Positions 1 to 12,838 are shown, counted from the first letter of the stretch. The stretch is 64,000 nt of DNA from a virus (IMGVR_UViG_3300029288_000138:1-64000), one strand, 5' to 3'. Notes: generated by a model from the sequence alone, not told the origin. A program made the numbers and translations.

Positions 1-99
1 AATCGTGGATTAGTTCCGAGTTTCGATGGCAAGACTTGGAGATTGCATGGCAAAGATGGGATGATTATTTGGGAAGGGTGTTGTATAGAAATAGTTTAA
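1..99 (+). CDS. 3' end of a hypothetical protein (partial)
   Basis: Open frame from the window edge to TAA at 97-99; Trp codons are TGG. Confidence 0.5.
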   Translation, partial: NRGLVPSFDGKTWRLHGKDGMIIWEGCCIEIV

Positions 100-183
100 A
101 ATAACTAATTTAAAATAAAAGGAATGATTACTCATTCCTTTTTTCATTTCTATGCAATCTTCATTAATTTTCTGATTTCAAAT

Positions 184-191
184 TATTTATA
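184..191 (+). promoter_or_regulatory. Putative late-promoter motif TATTTATA (class representative)
   Basis: Exact intergenic copies just upstream of genes at 184, 30756, 35330, 41842, 50623, 54089, 55599, 62419; TATTTATT variants at 14529, 33175, 46425. Confidence 0.55.
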
Positions 192-242
192 TATATAAAA
201 TCTTTTTCTAGAAATAAAAATACAAGGAGTAATCCAAACAGT

Positions 243-680
243 ATGGATACAAAAAAAGACATAGTATTTGATAATAAAACAGTTTCCGATTTGTTTAAAA
301 TAGTTTTTGACAATGTTGGATCTGATGCAAGTAGAATAGACAAAATCATCAATGAAATCAAAGTTAATTTAAATACTGATAGTGGTAATCCCGGAGGAGA
401 TACGCTATTTGTTGCTCCAATTATTAAAGACTTGTTAGATGTCGGAGTAAAAAACAGAGAGTTATTAATAAAATTACTAACAGTAATACAAAGGTTTAGT
501 GCACCAGTTGCAGTAATACAAGAATCGATATTAACAGATGATGATAAAGAACAAATTAGGCAATCAATAAGCCAAGATACTAAAAAGAAAGCAAAGGAAA
601 TTGATATACTATCAGAAGAGCTACATAAAAAACTAATGGATTTAGAACAAGATGCATCTGCAGAGTTAAATAATGCTTAA
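243..680 (+). CDS. Conserved large-phage hypothetical protein
   Basis: 145 aa, AGGAG RBS; first gene of the structural operon. Confidence 0.7.
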   Translation: MDTKKDIVFDNKTVSDLFKIVFDNVGSDASRIDKIINEIKVNLNTDSGNPGGDTLFVAPIIKDLLDVGVKNRELLIKLLTVIQRFSAPVAVIQESILTDDDKEQIRQSISQDTKKKAKEIDILSEELHKKLMDLEQDASAELNNA

Positions 681-852
681 TGAAATTGAACAAAAAGATT
701 TAGAGAATAGGCTTCTAACTCTTCATGAAGAGTATGGCAAAAAAATAGATGAATTTGAAAGATTACACTGGACTATTTATCACATACGACAAGAAATAAA
801 TGTAATAATGGAAAAACTAGGTATGAATAAAAATGAGAATACAGGGCAATAA
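673..852 (+). CDS. Small hypothetical protein (59 aa)
   Basis: ATG 673 overlaps the previous stop; ends TAA 850-852; not in the ORF track. Confidence 0.5.
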   Translation: MLNEIEQKDLENRLLTLHEEYGKKIDEFERLHWTIYHIRQEINVIMEKLGMNKNENTGQ

Positions 853-1939
853 AATATTATCAAATAGAGGATTGTTTGTAGATCCTGTTGAATATTTCAA
901 TACAATTAATTCTAGTGCATTGAGTGAAGATATATTTTTGTATCTAGGTGAAGTGATCGGATATCCAAAGGAATCTGAAATTTCAACCCCAGGAGCAATT
1001 TTATTTACTGTACCCGGAATCCAATCTTTTTCCTCTGTTTCTGAAATAGAAGCATTAGCATATGTAGCATTGCCCGCAAACCCAAATTCATATACTAAAC
1101 CAGTACCGGGCCAAATTATTTATATAGTTGAAATGCAAGATAATTATACATATCTAGGCTCGTTTCAATCTGGTATAAATGAAAATGGTACTTTTTTATT
1201 GGAATTGGTTAATCCTAATACCTTTGGACTAAATACTAAAAGTAATGTAACAGAATATAAGAATATAGAATCTGGAACTAGTTCTCCTAATAGTAAAAAC
1301 AAAGTATCGAATTATGATACATTGGGATTCAAAATTAAAGATACTGTTATTCCTGCTATTAAAGAAAAATCAGGGGAATCTCATCTAAAAGGTATGGTAA
1401 ACAATAATATTGTTCTATCATATAATGATAAAGGGGATCCGAATATAATACTGGTTATTAATAGAAAGGATAAAAATTATAATCAAAATTCAGATGGAAT
1501 TTTTATTTTTGGAAATGATGATGTAGATAAAGGAATGAATATCCCATCTGAAATAAAAGACAATTTTCCAACAGATGAAAAGACTGGTTCTGTTATAGTA
1601 TTAAATTCTAATAAATTCAGAATTAATAGTAAAAATGGTTCTGTGTATATTTCATCTGCAAAAAATATATCATTATCTAGTAACAATGATTTTACAGTTG
1701 ATGCTAAGAAAAAAACCAATATTAATTCTAGTGAAATTATACTAGGTAACGGCGCAACAGAATTAATTGTTCTTGGAAATAAATTAAAGTCATTATTATC
1801 AAGTCTAATTGATGAAATAATGAAATTAACAGTGGGCACTGCAAATGGTCCTAGTAGCCCGCCGATTAATATATCATCATTTGCAAAGATTAAAACACAA
1901 TTAGAAGGTATATTGTCAAAACAAAACAAAACTTTGTAG
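833..1939 (+). CDS. Baseplate hub/spike-like protein (gp5/gpV-type)
   Basis: C-terminal VLGNKLKSLLSSLIDEI...GPSSPPIN pattern typical of contractile-tail spike proteins; baseplate context. Confidence 0.55.
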   Translation: MRIQGNKILSNRGLFVDPVEYFNTINSSALSEDIFLYLGEVIGYPKESEISTPGAILFTVPGIQSFSSVSEIEALAYVALPANPNSYTKPVPGQIIYIVEMQDNYTYLGSFQSGINENGTFLLELVNPNTFGLNTKSNVTEYKNIESGTSSPNSKNKVSNYDTLGFKIKDTVIPAIKEKSGESHLKGMVNNNIVLSYNDKGDPNIILVINRKDKNYNQNSDGIFIFGNDDVDKGMNIPSEIKDNFPTDEKTGSVIVLNSNKFRINSKNGSVYISSAKNISLSSNNDFTVDAKKKTNINSSEIILGNGATELIVLGNKLKSLLSSLIDEIMKLTVGTANGPSSPPINISSFAKIKTQLEGILSKQNKTL

Positions 1940-1947
1940 GAGTTAGT

Positions 1948-2337
1948 ATGAAGTATAATGAGTTATTAAATATGATTAAAAAAGATATGGAATCGTATGT
2001 TAGAAAAATTGTTAAAGAAGAAGTGCTATTTGCATTACGGGTAAAATCCGGAGTTAATGAAATTGTTATTCCAAAAAATATTGTTAAACAAGAATTTAAA
2101 AATGCTACTGGGACAACAATACCAGATATTAGAAGTAAATACAAGCAAATTATGGAATCTCAAGAAAATACATTGCCTAAGGAAAATAATGCACCATTAC
2201 TTTCAGAGCAATATGTAGACGATGAGCAGATAGTATTAACAGGCCATGAGCATGTAGCAACTACACCTGAGGCAGTAAGGGAAGCAATTAGAATACAAAC
2301 AAAGGATTATTCCGAAGTTTTAAAACGGGCAAGATAA
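1948..2337 (+). CDS. Hypothetical protein
   Basis: 129 aa ORF with RBS in the structural operon. Confidence 0.6.
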   Translation: MKYNELLNMIKKDMESYVRKIVKEEVLFALRVKSGVNEIVIPKNIVKQEFKNATGTTIPDIRSKYKQIMESQENTLPKENNAPLLSEQYVDDEQIVLTGHEHVATTPEAVREAIRIQTKDYSEVLKRAR

Positions 2338-2341
2338 AATT

Positions 2342-2587
2342 ATGCTAAATAAAATTCTATTACAAAACAAACTGCTAAAGTTTTTTAGTGATAATAAAAA
2401 AAGTGCTAAAGATGCTGCGGAACAATTATCTACAATTATTGATGATTATATAAAAAGTGCAACCGTAACTGTTAATGGAAATGGTGTTACTCCGCCGGGT
2501 GGGGTTGTTACAGTAGGAAGCCCGGCTACTCAAGTAAATTCTATACCAGTTATGTCAACAGTAACAGGAAATGGAAAAATAACATAA
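2342..2587 (+). CDS. Hypothetical virion protein
   Basis: 81 aa, Gly/Thr/Val-rich C-terminus, TAATG-coupled to the next gene. Confidence 0.55.
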   Translation: MLNKILLQNKLLKFFSDNKKSAKDAAEQLSTIIDDYIKSATVTVNGNGVTPPGGVVTVGSPATQVNSIPVMSTVTGNGKIT

Positions 2588-3015
2588 TGCCAACCAAATA
2601 TAATTATACAGGATCAAATGATGATACTGCAGTATCTAAGATAAACTTTAATGAAAGGGGCATTGGATTTTTTTACCCATTTGGTTCAAATAATAAAGCA
2701 TATGATGTAACCCGTACAACTATCGATAAGGTAACATCAAATATAAGATTGTTATTGCAAACTGAAAAAGGAGAAAGAGTAAATTCTCCGGAGTTTGGGG
2801 TGTCATTAAGGAAATATATGTTTGAGCAACAATTTAATGATGCTAAACAAATGATAGAAGGCCAACTAAAAAATGACATATATAAATGAATACCAGAAGT
2901 GAATATTGATGAATTAACAATAAATTTTGATAATAACACAGTGCAAATATTTATGTTATTTTCATTAAAAGAGGACGCTGATATCAATCAAAAAATGAGT
3001 GTAATAATTAAATAA
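2587..3015 (+). CDS. Baseplate wedge protein, gp25/GPW-like (142 aa, TGA=Trp)
   Basis: NIRLLLQTEKGERVNSPEFG gp25 motif; in-frame TGA 2887-2889 gives K-W-IPEVNI; ends TAA 3013-3015. Confidence 0.8.
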
Positions 3016-3029
3016 GTAAGAGAACAGTA

Positions 3030-4952
3030 ATGGCAGATATAGTCAAAAAAAATATAAGTTATCTGGGTAGAGATTTTTCCGAATTAAAAAGTAATTTGCA
3101 AATATTTGCAAAAACATATTTTCAGGATACATACCAAGACTTTAATGAAGCTGATGCTGGAACAATGTTATTAGAGTTGGCTGCTTATGTTGGTGATGTT
3201 CTTGGATTTCATATGGATAGTCAATTTAAAGGATTATATGCAGACTCAATTACTCAACGAAAACATGCCATAAATTATGCTAACATGTTTGGTTATAAAG
3301 TAAAACCAACTATAGCATCTACTACTAAATTAGATGTATATATAGTTGTACCAGCAACTGGTTCCGCAGATAATAAAGTTCCGGATTATAAATACTGCCC
3401 AATTCTTAAAGCTGGAGCAACAGCAGTTGCAGATACAAGCCCTAGAATAAATTTTGAAACATTGACAGATATAAATTTTCTTGTTAATACTTCACAAAGT
3501 CTAGATGACGACGGAAGAGATGAAACAATATATGAAGTGGATGAATCTGGAATTGCTACCAAATTTTTACTACGAAAAAGAGTTGATATAATAGGCAGCG
3601 AAACAAGAACGTTTAATCAAACAATAACATCTCCAGAAAAGTATTTAAAAATTCAATTACCATCAAATGATATAACAGAAATAATATCAGTTTTAGATTC
3701 TGATGGAAATAATTGATATGAAGTGGAATGTTTGGCCCAAGATACTATTTTTATTGAACAGCAAAATATAGATGAAAATGATACAATATTTTCATCTGAT
3801 AGTGGGTCTGTGCCATATTTACTAAAACTAAAAAAGGTTCCAAAAAGATTTGAAGTAAAAGTCGATGAAAATAATTTAACATATTTACTATTTGGTTCTG
3901 GAATTATAAATTCCAATGATGAAGAAATAATACCGAATCCTAGATTGGTTGGATCCCCGACTCCAATTGGCGGAAACTATTATGATTATACAGTAGACCC
4001 AGAGAATTTCTTAAAAACAAAATCTTTTGGAGAAGCCCCCGCTAATACAACTTTGACTATAACATATAGAGCTGGTGGGGGAATACAATCAAACGTTCAA
4101 GCTGGTTCAATCAATTCTATAGAGAATGTAGATTTAGAATTTCCTGTTAGTACCTCATTATTAAATCAAAAAGATATTAGTGATATAATAGCATCAGTTG
4201 GGTGTATAAATAATAGTAATGCTACAGGCGGCCGGGGAGAAGAAAGTGTTGATTCAATAAAATATAATGCAATTGCGAATTATAAGTCTCAGAAAAGGTG
4301 TGTTACAAAAGAAGATTATATTGTAAGAGCATATTCATTACCAGCTAAATTCGGTAGTATAGCTAAAATATATGTAGAAAAAGATGATTTGACAAAAGAA
4401 ATACAACAAAGTCCAAATAGTAATCCATTTGCAATTAATATGTATTTATTGGCATATAATTCTGATAATAATTTAGTCAATGCTTCTACTGCAGTTAAAA
4501 ACAACCTCAAAACATATATAAACCAATACAGGATGCTTACGGATAATATTAATATCATAGATGGTACAATTATTAATATCGGAATAATGTTTGAAATTAT
4601 TGTATATAATAGTGAAAATAAGAATGAAGTATTATTAAGATGTATAGATGCAATTACTAATTATTTTGATATAAGTAATTGAAGTTTTAATCAACCTATA
4701 GTATATGCTGAATTATATAGATTAATTATGAATGTCAAAGGAGTTCAGGCAATTCCTATTGATTATAATATTTCCGATGGTAAAAGAGCTGGATTAAATA
4801 TTATATGTAAGAGCGGAGGATTATATTCAAATACCTATGTTGATTTAGAGGGGCTAACAATTAATGGTATAATATATCCACCGAGAACTATATCAATATT
4901 TGAACTAAAAACACCACAAATAGATATTGAAGGTCGAGCAATCAGTGGATAA
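3030..4952 (+). CDS. Baseplate wedge subunit, gp6/baseplate-J-like (640 aa, TGA=Trp)
   Basis: Three track ORFs share one frame and join through TGA at 3714 (DGNN-W-YEV) and 4680 (DISN-W-SFNQPI); RDFSELKSNL and RCVTKEDY motifs. Confidence 0.85.
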
Positions 4953-4972
4953 AGAATAGGGTAAAATAAATT

Positions 4973-6067
4973 ATGTATTATAGATTTAAATTAGAAAAAG
5001 ATACTTTTATAACTAGCCAAAGTGAAGAAGGAAATTTTGGACGAGATCCAATATTAGAAGTTGGAAAAATTGTTGATAATAGTGTAATATATCCAATTAG
5101 AAGTCTTATTAAATTTAATGTTGATGATATTAATAATAAAATTAGTACCAATAAAATAAATAGTTCATCAGTATTTGAACTGAGTATGTATGAATGTTTA
5201 AATGAAAATATATACTATGATAATTTTTGAATTGATGCATTATTAATATCTAGATCATGAACAGAAGGAACGGGATCATTAGCAGAAAAATCAACTGGTA
5301 GTGCATGTAATTGAATAAGTGCATCAAATGATGATTGCTGATCATTGCCTGGCGGTGACTATTTAACTGTTGCTTCCGCATCGCAATATTATGCTACATC
5401 ATCTGGTGATATAACTATGGATATTACTGAGTTAGTTGGGTATTTAACTGCAAGTGTTTATCCAAATTGTGGGCTAATAATAAAACTAAGAGATGAAATA
5501 GGAGATCAATTCTTAACCTCAGGATCTCAGTATTTTATTGTTGATGGAAATGATGTATTTTATTTGACTGAGCGTAGTGCTCCAAATGAAAATTTTAATA
5601 GAAAAATGTTTTATGGCAAAGATACTCATACAATATATTATCCAACCATTGTTGCAAAATGAAATGATACATTAACAACTGCATCAATTAGTGCATCTAG
5701 TACATGGCAAGACTATTGCGTATCTTTACGGGAACCAAAGGAAGAATATATTAGTAGTGAAAGAATAAGGTTTGAATTATTTGGTAGATTAAAATATCCT
5801 GTAATGACATATTCAACTAGATCATTAGAAAATCTATCTAGTACTGTATTGACAGATTTAACATATGAAGTAAAAGACGTCTCAGATTATGGTAGAGCAA
5901 TATTACCATATAGTGTGTATACTAGTTGTAGTTATGATGCTAGCAAGAATTATTTCAATATTGATATGTCTGCATTGCCTGTTAATAGAACATATGAACT
6001 TAGTGTAAAACACGAATTCTTAGGGACAACTAAGATATATAAACTACATAAATTTAGAATAGTATAA
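4973..6067 (+). CDS. Putative virion structural protein (364 aa, TGA=Trp)
   Basis: Track ORFs 4973, 5345 and 5804 are in one frame separated only by TGA; ends TAA. Confidence 0.7.
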
Positions 6068-6069
6068 CA

Positions 6070-6573
6070 ATGGAAATTATTAATAAAAAAAATACTAAAT
6101 CTGATTCAATACTAATGCCATTTAGTGCTCCGAATTATTCTGAATTAAATAATGAAATAAATCAAAAATATGATGTAGCAATCACAGAATTGATATCAGA
6201 AGATGCAAACATTTCTGATGATGCGGTACAAAATAATAATGATAAAATAGTAATATTCTTATCAGATTATGATTCAATCAAATTGATAATGAGTACAGAT
6301 CAATTATATAATTTCTATAAAACCGTTGAAAAAGATATTCCAGATTTATACTTTATTGAATCTGGTTCTTTATCATATCTTCAATTTGAAAATTCTCATG
6401 CGTTATTAATTACTAATAATGAACATGAAATAGCGAGTGATCTAAAATATCCCAATTTAAATGAATTATCATTTAATTCTGGCAGAACAATTAGATTAAG
6501 TATTATACCAAAAACAAAAAATTATAAGGATAAATATATATTTCGACAGATTATAGAAGTATCTAGAATATAA
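6070..6573 (+). CDS. Hypothetical protein
   Basis: 167 aa ORF in the operon. Confidence 0.6.
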   Translation: MEIINKKNTKSDSILMPFSAPNYSELNNEINQKYDVAITELISEDANISDDAVQNNNDKIVIFLSDYDSIKLIMSTDQLYNFYKTVEKDIPDLYFIESGSLSYLQFENSHALLITNNEHEIASDLKYPNLNELSFNSGRTIRLSIIPKTKNYKDKYIFRQIIEVSRI

Positions 6574-6609
6574 TAAATGACAATGAACTATATTATAAAG
6601 GATAAATAA

Positions 6610-7893
6610 ATGGAAAAAATAATTGATCCCATCCCAGATCCCATCCCAGATCCCATCCCAGATCCCATCCCAGATCCAAAGCAATTAATATTTTATAAAC
6701 CAATCATTAGTGAAATTATTCCTACTAGTAGAAGTTTTATCAAATTTAAATTAAATTGATCAGAATATCAACCAGGAGTACTTCTCGCATATGTTTTATC
6801 AATAAAATTATTACTTTTTGTATATAATATAGACGGGAGTATTATGGTTACAAAGGAATTAGATGCGAGATCTTTTTATGAAAATAATAGTTGGCCTGAT
6901 AGTGTTGATATTGATTTAGGAATAAATTTAGTTGATAATACGCAAATAATATGTGATTGCAAATTATACTTAGATATATATGATAGGGCTACAGAACAAA
7001 CACAACAAAGTACTGATAGTAACCCGGTAATATTTAATTTTATTTTTTCTGATACTACAGAAGAAGATATTTCACCAGAATTGCCCCCAGATGGAATAAC
7101 AGTATATAATTCCAAAGTCGGGTTTGAATTATTAGTTGACAAAGATGGGTATTTAAATTTAACCTATAAATATTTTCTGACTAAAGAAAACGGAGACATT
7201 GATTTTTCTAATATTCAAACTATTTCTGTAAAGTCTAAATTTCCAATAGAGATAAACGATGAGAATAACATACTCTTTGGAATTGATGATAATAGTAACA
7301 AACTATTTTTAAGAATATCTAATACAGCATATCCATTAAATAATATTGATATTTCATTTAGTGATGATGTATTGCAGTCAAACGGTGTAAGTTTTGCAAC
7401 GTTAGCTGAATATATTAGAAATTCAAATACTGCATTTTTTAATACTAGCTTTATAGTGGATAATTTTTATAACAAAATTCCGCAACCATTAATTGGTGGA
7501 ATAAGCAACAGAGATAGTAGAAGTATGATAAATAAATCTACAATCAATCTGGAATATAGTAATATTAATTTAGCAAACTTATATAGTAGTAGCTATATAG
7601 ACAACGGATTAAACGACTTTAATTTAACTAAATTTAGATATTACAATAAATATCTTAGTTATAATGATACAATTACAGACTTATCAGAAGATGATATATT
7701 TAATTCAGAATTTGATATAAAACAAAATTTAATGATAGACTATGATTTTAGTAATCTTAGTTCAAATGAGGATTATGTAATAGATAATTCAGGTAATGGT
7801 AACCATGGTGTATTTATTGGCGATATGGATATTGCAGTAACAGATAGCGGGTTTAGTATATCACAAAAGAACTTACCTATAGTAAAAATTTAA
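6610..7893 (+). CDS. Hypothetical virion protein (427 aa, TGA=Trp) with N-terminal DPIP repeat
   Basis: ATG 6610 is in frame with ORF 6844 through one TGA; the C-terminal DNSGNGNHG motif resembles LamG-type domain ends. Confidence 0.65.
6625..6678 (+). repeat. 12-nt tandem repeat GATCCCATCCCA x4.5 (Asp-Pro-Ile-Pro)
   Basis: Perfect copies at 6625, 6637, 6649, 6661 plus a partial copy. Confidence 0.95.
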
Positions 7894-7902
7894 CAAGGCA
7901 CA

Positions 7903-10900
7903 ATGATGAAAACAGTATCTATGGATGATGGAACAGTCACTAGTAATTTAAAATTAACAGAAATTGATGCTTCTAAACCGTCTTACTATGATGGTGTTGT
8001 CAGGGTAACTTTTTATGATTCTAATAATAATGTAGTATGTTCAAATAATTTAAATTCTGATGAATTTATATATATAAGTAAATCAATTTACATAAATTTA
8101 AATTTGCATGTTTCAAGAATACCCGATATTGCTCTGCCCCCCAATAGTAAATACAAAGTTATTGTATCATTTGAACGAGATATATATTCTAATATCTTTG
8201 TTAAAGAAATATCTCCATCTAAAACTGAAGTTAGAATTGGATTAAATAATAATATAGCAGATTCTTTCTGGATTAAATGAGCATATTCACCCGAAATTTT
8301 ATTAAATAATGCTCAAAGAGTAATTAGAATACATGATGAAAAATTCAGGATTATCAATGTTATTCCAGACTATTCAAAGTATAAAATAGAAGTTGAACAA
8401 GTTAAAAATAATATTGAAAATCTTAAAATAGAATTGAATAATATGTATGTTGACCAGATTGATTTAAATCAAGTGAGCAGCAAGCAAAAAGAATTAAGTG
8501 ATTTAGAAACTTCATTAATTGATAATAGTTTATTAAATAAAGTAACTTTTATATTAAAGTTATCATCTACTATTAATAGTGAAATTGAATTACCAAGTGC
8601 AAATTGTTTTCTATCAAATGAAATTACATTAGATCAAACAATCAATGACGTATACGTTTACTCAGAAGAAATAAGTGAAAGTAAAGTAGTTAAATTAAGT
8701 GCTGATCCTAGAGTTGGATCAAATTTCTATGATACTACAAAATGATATAATTACAATACTCTTGTTAGTTCTGGCAGTGCATCATTTTTAGCAGAATTAA
8801 CTCAAAGCTTATTTTCTGGCATTAGTGATTTATGTATAGATTTTTCTAATTTTTCTAATCACACCTTTTTTGGGAGTGCAATAGAAAAAGTTAATAATGC
8901 CTCATTAAAAATTAAGAATATACAAATTTACAAAGACTTGATGAGTAATCAAACTTCATCCGGAGCAAGTACTACAAGCCAAAGTTATTCTAATGCAATA
9001 CATAGTTTAGAAAATGAAATGACTCAGTATGAAAGATATGTTTATACAAAATCTGCATCATATGCATGGCCAAAAACATCTGATAGTGGATCAGATTACA
9101 ATTATTCATATAGTTCGTCTATGGTTCAATCATGATACTCAGAACAATATAATTCTGCTAGTTATTACGATAGAAATAATAAAAATTATTTAGTTAATTT
9201 TCTGCCTGAAAATGTTATAATTGAAGATGATTCTAAATATATGACAAAAATTATACATATATGAGGAGAATTTTTTGATTATATTAAGAATTATATAGAT
9301 CAAATACAATACTTATACAATTTTGATTATGACTGAATCAATGCAGTTCCGCCTGAATTACTACCTTTATATGCTAGCAATTTCCAATGAGAATTATTGG
9401 AAGGATTTGATTCTGAAGAATTAATGCCATATTTAAAGGGATTACAACAAGCATCTGGTAGTACTCCTTTAAAAGATATAACTAGAGAAAAATGACTAAG
9501 ACTATTATCAAGTGTTCCATATTTAAACAAAATTAGAGGAACTCGTAGATCAGTTGACGCTCTAATGAATATATATGGTATCCCAAATTCAATTATTAGT
9601 ATAAAAGAATATGGTGGAAGTAAATCAACTGGCAGTGATTACATAGAAGATAATACTAATATCTATTGCTTAGATTTTTACGGGGGAGAAACAATATATC
9701 CACCATCTAATGTATATGGATATATGTCAGGCAGTGATTTTACATATGAAGTGCGATATAATACTACTAGTAGTGCAAATTTAGCACTTTTTGGTAATCA
9801 AGGATTTAATGTTACACTAGAAACTTCTAGTAATAGTTCATATGGTTCTGCCAGTTTATTTATAAATAATGTTTCAGTAATGTCTATAACTGGTAGTGGA
9901 AATATTTCATTTTTTGATGGTGACTGGCATAACATTATAGTGCAAAAAAGTGGTACTACATTATATTTAAAACACAAAAAATACAAAGAGAATCAATTAT
10001 TCTATAACAATGTGGTTAGTTATACATTGTTAGATGCTGATAATCAGTATATTGACAGTGGTTCTTCGGCCGGCGGATATTTGTATTTTGGCGGCATCGA
10101 TACTAACGGTAGTTATTCGGGGTCACTGCAAGAAATTAGGTTGTGAAATAAATATCTAGCAGAAAATGAAATAGATCATCATAGTTATGATTTCAATTCA
10201 TTGGCAGTTAATAATCCAAATGATGTTAGTGATTATCTAGTAGCACACTATAAGTTATCAGAAAATAAAGATTTAAATGCAAGTCAATATGTTAATGATT
10301 TTTCATGGCCGCCAAAATATGATGCAAGTGCAAGTTTATTTACTGGCAATCAATATAAAAATATAACATTGTCTGCTAGAACGTATTTTGAAATGTTTAC
10401 TCTGGAAGGGCATAGTGATAATAAAATTAATATAGGTTATGTATCAGAAAGTGTTGAGGAAAATTTAAACAGAGTAGATTTAGTATTTTCTCCAGTGCAA
10501 GCAATGAATAGTGATATTTTAACTGAATTTGCCTTATTTGATTTTAACAATCCTATAGGCAATCCAATGGATATGTATGAAGCAAATTATTCAACATTAG
10601 ATATATGAAAAAATTATTATTTTAAGAAATATGAAGGCAATTACAATTTCTATGCATATTTAAAATTTATAGAAAGTTTCGATAAATCTGTATTTAGAAT
10701 TGTATCTCAAGTAATTCCGGAAAGGGCAAACTTAGTATCTGGACTTACTATTGGATCCCACATGTTGGAGAGAAATAAATACAAATGGCAAAAGTCAAGA
10801 ATATTTGATTGCACTTATAGTTGTTCTGTAGACAATATTTCGGAAGATGTTTTTGATTGGAATGTTGATAAAGATAGTAATAAAGAATTTCAAATTTATC

Positions 10901-11223
10901 CAAATTCCTCAATTCAATACAGTTCTAGTACAGAAAGGTATATTGAAGCTGGTAGATTATTTAATACCGGTAGTTTTAGTTCTATTTTTAGTTATATAGA
11001 ATGCTTATTCCCAGCATCAGATTTTTCAAGTATACTAACTGATTTTATTGCTGCATCATATGAACCAATAAGTTCAACTGCTAGTGGTAGTTCTTATGAT
11101 CCTATTTATAAGCAATTAAAATATGCAACATCTGTTGGTACACAAAATACTGCTGCTACAGATTACGCCGGTGCACCTTGGGAAGTATCTGAATCATCTG
11201 CTACTATTATTCGAGTAGTATAA
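7903..11223 (+). CDS. Large virion/baseplate protein with LamG-like domain (1106 aa, TGA=Trp)
   Basis: Six track ORFs share one frame, joined by about nine TGA; GTRRSVDALMNIYGIP...IKEYGG motif; DGDWHNIIV...LQEIRL LamG-like segment. Confidence 0.75.
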
Positions 11224-11260
11224 AAAATTAAAAAAATAAAACATTTCTTAAAGATTTTTC

Positions 11261-11289
11261 TTGTTTTCTAACCATTTTAATATTAAATT
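11261..11289 (+). promoter_or_regulatory. Early sigma70-type promoter TTGTTT-17nt-TAAATT (class representative)
   Basis: The same -35/-10 pair with a 17-nt spacer starts at 11261, 19744, 21236, 23388, 28942, 31322, 42711, 43181, 47303, 51374, 54990, 56949, 58866, 61139 and 61360 (TTGCTT), usually followed by ATAGAGTTATTTAAAA. Confidence 0.85.
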
Positions 11290-11323
11290 ATAGTGTTAAT
11301 TAAAATAAAGAAGGAAAAAGAAA

Positions 11324-11455
11324 ATGGAAAAAGTAAAGATTCGGGAAATTAAAAAATTGATTGAGAAGGCCATTAATTTACAAGAAGAAATAATTGATGG
11401 TAAAATTATTGATATTGACAATGAAGATTTTATTTCTAAATTAGAAAGGAAATAA
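11324..11455 (+). CDS. Small hypothetical protein
   Basis: ATG after RBS directly downstream of the early promoter; TAA stop. Confidence 0.5.
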   Translation: MEKVKIREIKKLIEKAINLQEEIIDGKIIDIDNEDFISKLERK

Positions 11456-11456
11456 C

Positions 11457-11660
11457 ATGGAAATTCAAGAATTTGAAGAAAAACTTCAAGAAATCAGAAG
11501 TAAAAATGGTTGGATAATTAAATTAGAATTTAATGGAATTTGGGTATTTACAATAATCGATAAAAGAACTGGAAATATTTCAGCAAGTACAGGTGCAACA
11601 GGGCTTGAATCACTTTTATATGTATTGGAAATGCCATTTGACAAAAGCCCCTGGCAGTAA
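11457..11660 (+). CDS. Hypothetical protein
   Basis: 67 aa; Trp codons are TGG. Confidence 0.55.
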   Translation: MEIQEFEEKLQEIRSKNGWIIKLEFNGIWVFTIIDKRTGNISASTGATGLESLLYVLEMPFDKSPWQ

Positions 11661-11674
11661 GCAAAGGAGATAAT

Positions 11675-12013
11675 ATGACTAAGAAAAAAGTAATTGAGAA
11701 AACTATTGCTCACTGGAAATGGTTGAGTGAACAACCTGATGGTACTTGTAAGGGGGAATATCCAGGATTTAAAAACATAAATTCTGATGAGTGCAATGAC
11801 TGTTTTTTATGTAAATATAAATATTCTCTTCATGATCCGATAGAAGATCATTACTTTAAAGGAACATGCCCAGTATTTGGGAAATGTGAATATCAATGTA
11901 AGGATAATCCTGAATATATAAAATGGAGAAATAACCATACTGCTGAAAATGCTAAACTGGTATATCTCGCATTACTATCTTTCTATAATGAAAAATTTAA
12001 AAAGGAGTTATAA
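11675..12013 (+). CDS. Cys-rich hypothetical protein (paralog of 20061-20453)
   Basis: W-x-W...PDGT...CFLCKY...CPVFGKC pattern shared with 20061. Confidence 0.65.
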   Translation: MTKKKVIEKTIAHWKWLSEQPDGTCKGEYPGFKNINSDECNDCFLCKYKYSLHDPIEDHYFKGTCPVFGKCEYQCKDNPEYIKWRNNHTAENAKLVYLALLSFYNEKFKKEL

Positions 12014-12820
12014 ATGTACAATAAAACGAATGTAATTGAAACATTAGAAAAAATGAGGGTGATTGAAATGCCTATCATGACTAAGGCAACTGAACCAATC
12101 AAGGGTTATAAAGCTATAGTTAGAGAAAGTGACAACGAATTGATTAGAGTCGTTTCTGATAATTATAAAGTATATCAAAATTTAGATGCATTTAATGAAG
12201 TAGTTACTGCACTAGATATAGCCAATATCAAATTTGATATATCAAAATTGGCGTTAAACAAATCAGCTGGTCGAAATACAATGCATCTTAGTTTATCATT
12301 ATCTGATATTAGTATGGATATTGATGGGCATCTAACGACCGCGTCAATTGAAGTGTTCAATTCAAATGATGGCACATTAGCATTTCAAAAGATGCTTGGA
12401 GTATTTCGTTTAATTTGTACTAATGGTGCAATTATTGGAGAGAATTTATTCAAATACAAAAGACGACATACGCAATTTTTTAATGTGCCTGATTATGCTC
12501 ATTTGCTACCAGAGATTAGCAATGATTTTGAAACATTCATGCATTTGGTAAAGAAAAGTAAAAGCATCAAAATGACTGATAGTATGAAGTTAGAATTGAT
12601 CAAGGGCGGGTTTCCAGAAAAGATTATCAAAGATCTTAGTTATGCTTATGAAAAGTATGCAATCAATCATAATGAAGTAATCAATGATTATAATACATTG
12701 TGGGCATATTATTCAGTCTTAACCAATTGGATTACAAATTCTGTTAATGATAAGAATATTGTTAGAGCTAATACCTTTAATAATACCCTTATGAAAGTAA
12801 TGGAAATAGCGAGAAATTAA
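12014..12820 (+). CDS. DUF932-like phage protein
   Basis: VSDNYKVYQN, FNSNDGT, RLICTNGAIIG, RRHT motifs. Confidence 0.7.
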   Translation: MYNKTNVIETLEKMRVIEMPIMTKATEPIKGYKAIVRESDNELIRVVSDNYKVYQNLDAFNEVVTALDIANIKFDISKLALNKSAGRNTMHLSLSLSDISMDIDGHLTTASIEVFNSNDGTLAFQKMLGVFRLICTNGAIIGENLFKYKRRHTQFFNVPDYAHLLPEISNDFETFMHLVKKSKSIKMTDSMKLELIKGGFPEKIIKDLSYAYEKYAINHNEVINDYNTLWAYYSVLTNWITNSVNDKNIVRANTFNNTLMKVMEIARN

Positions 12821-12838
12821 TAAATTGGGAGGTCTAGA

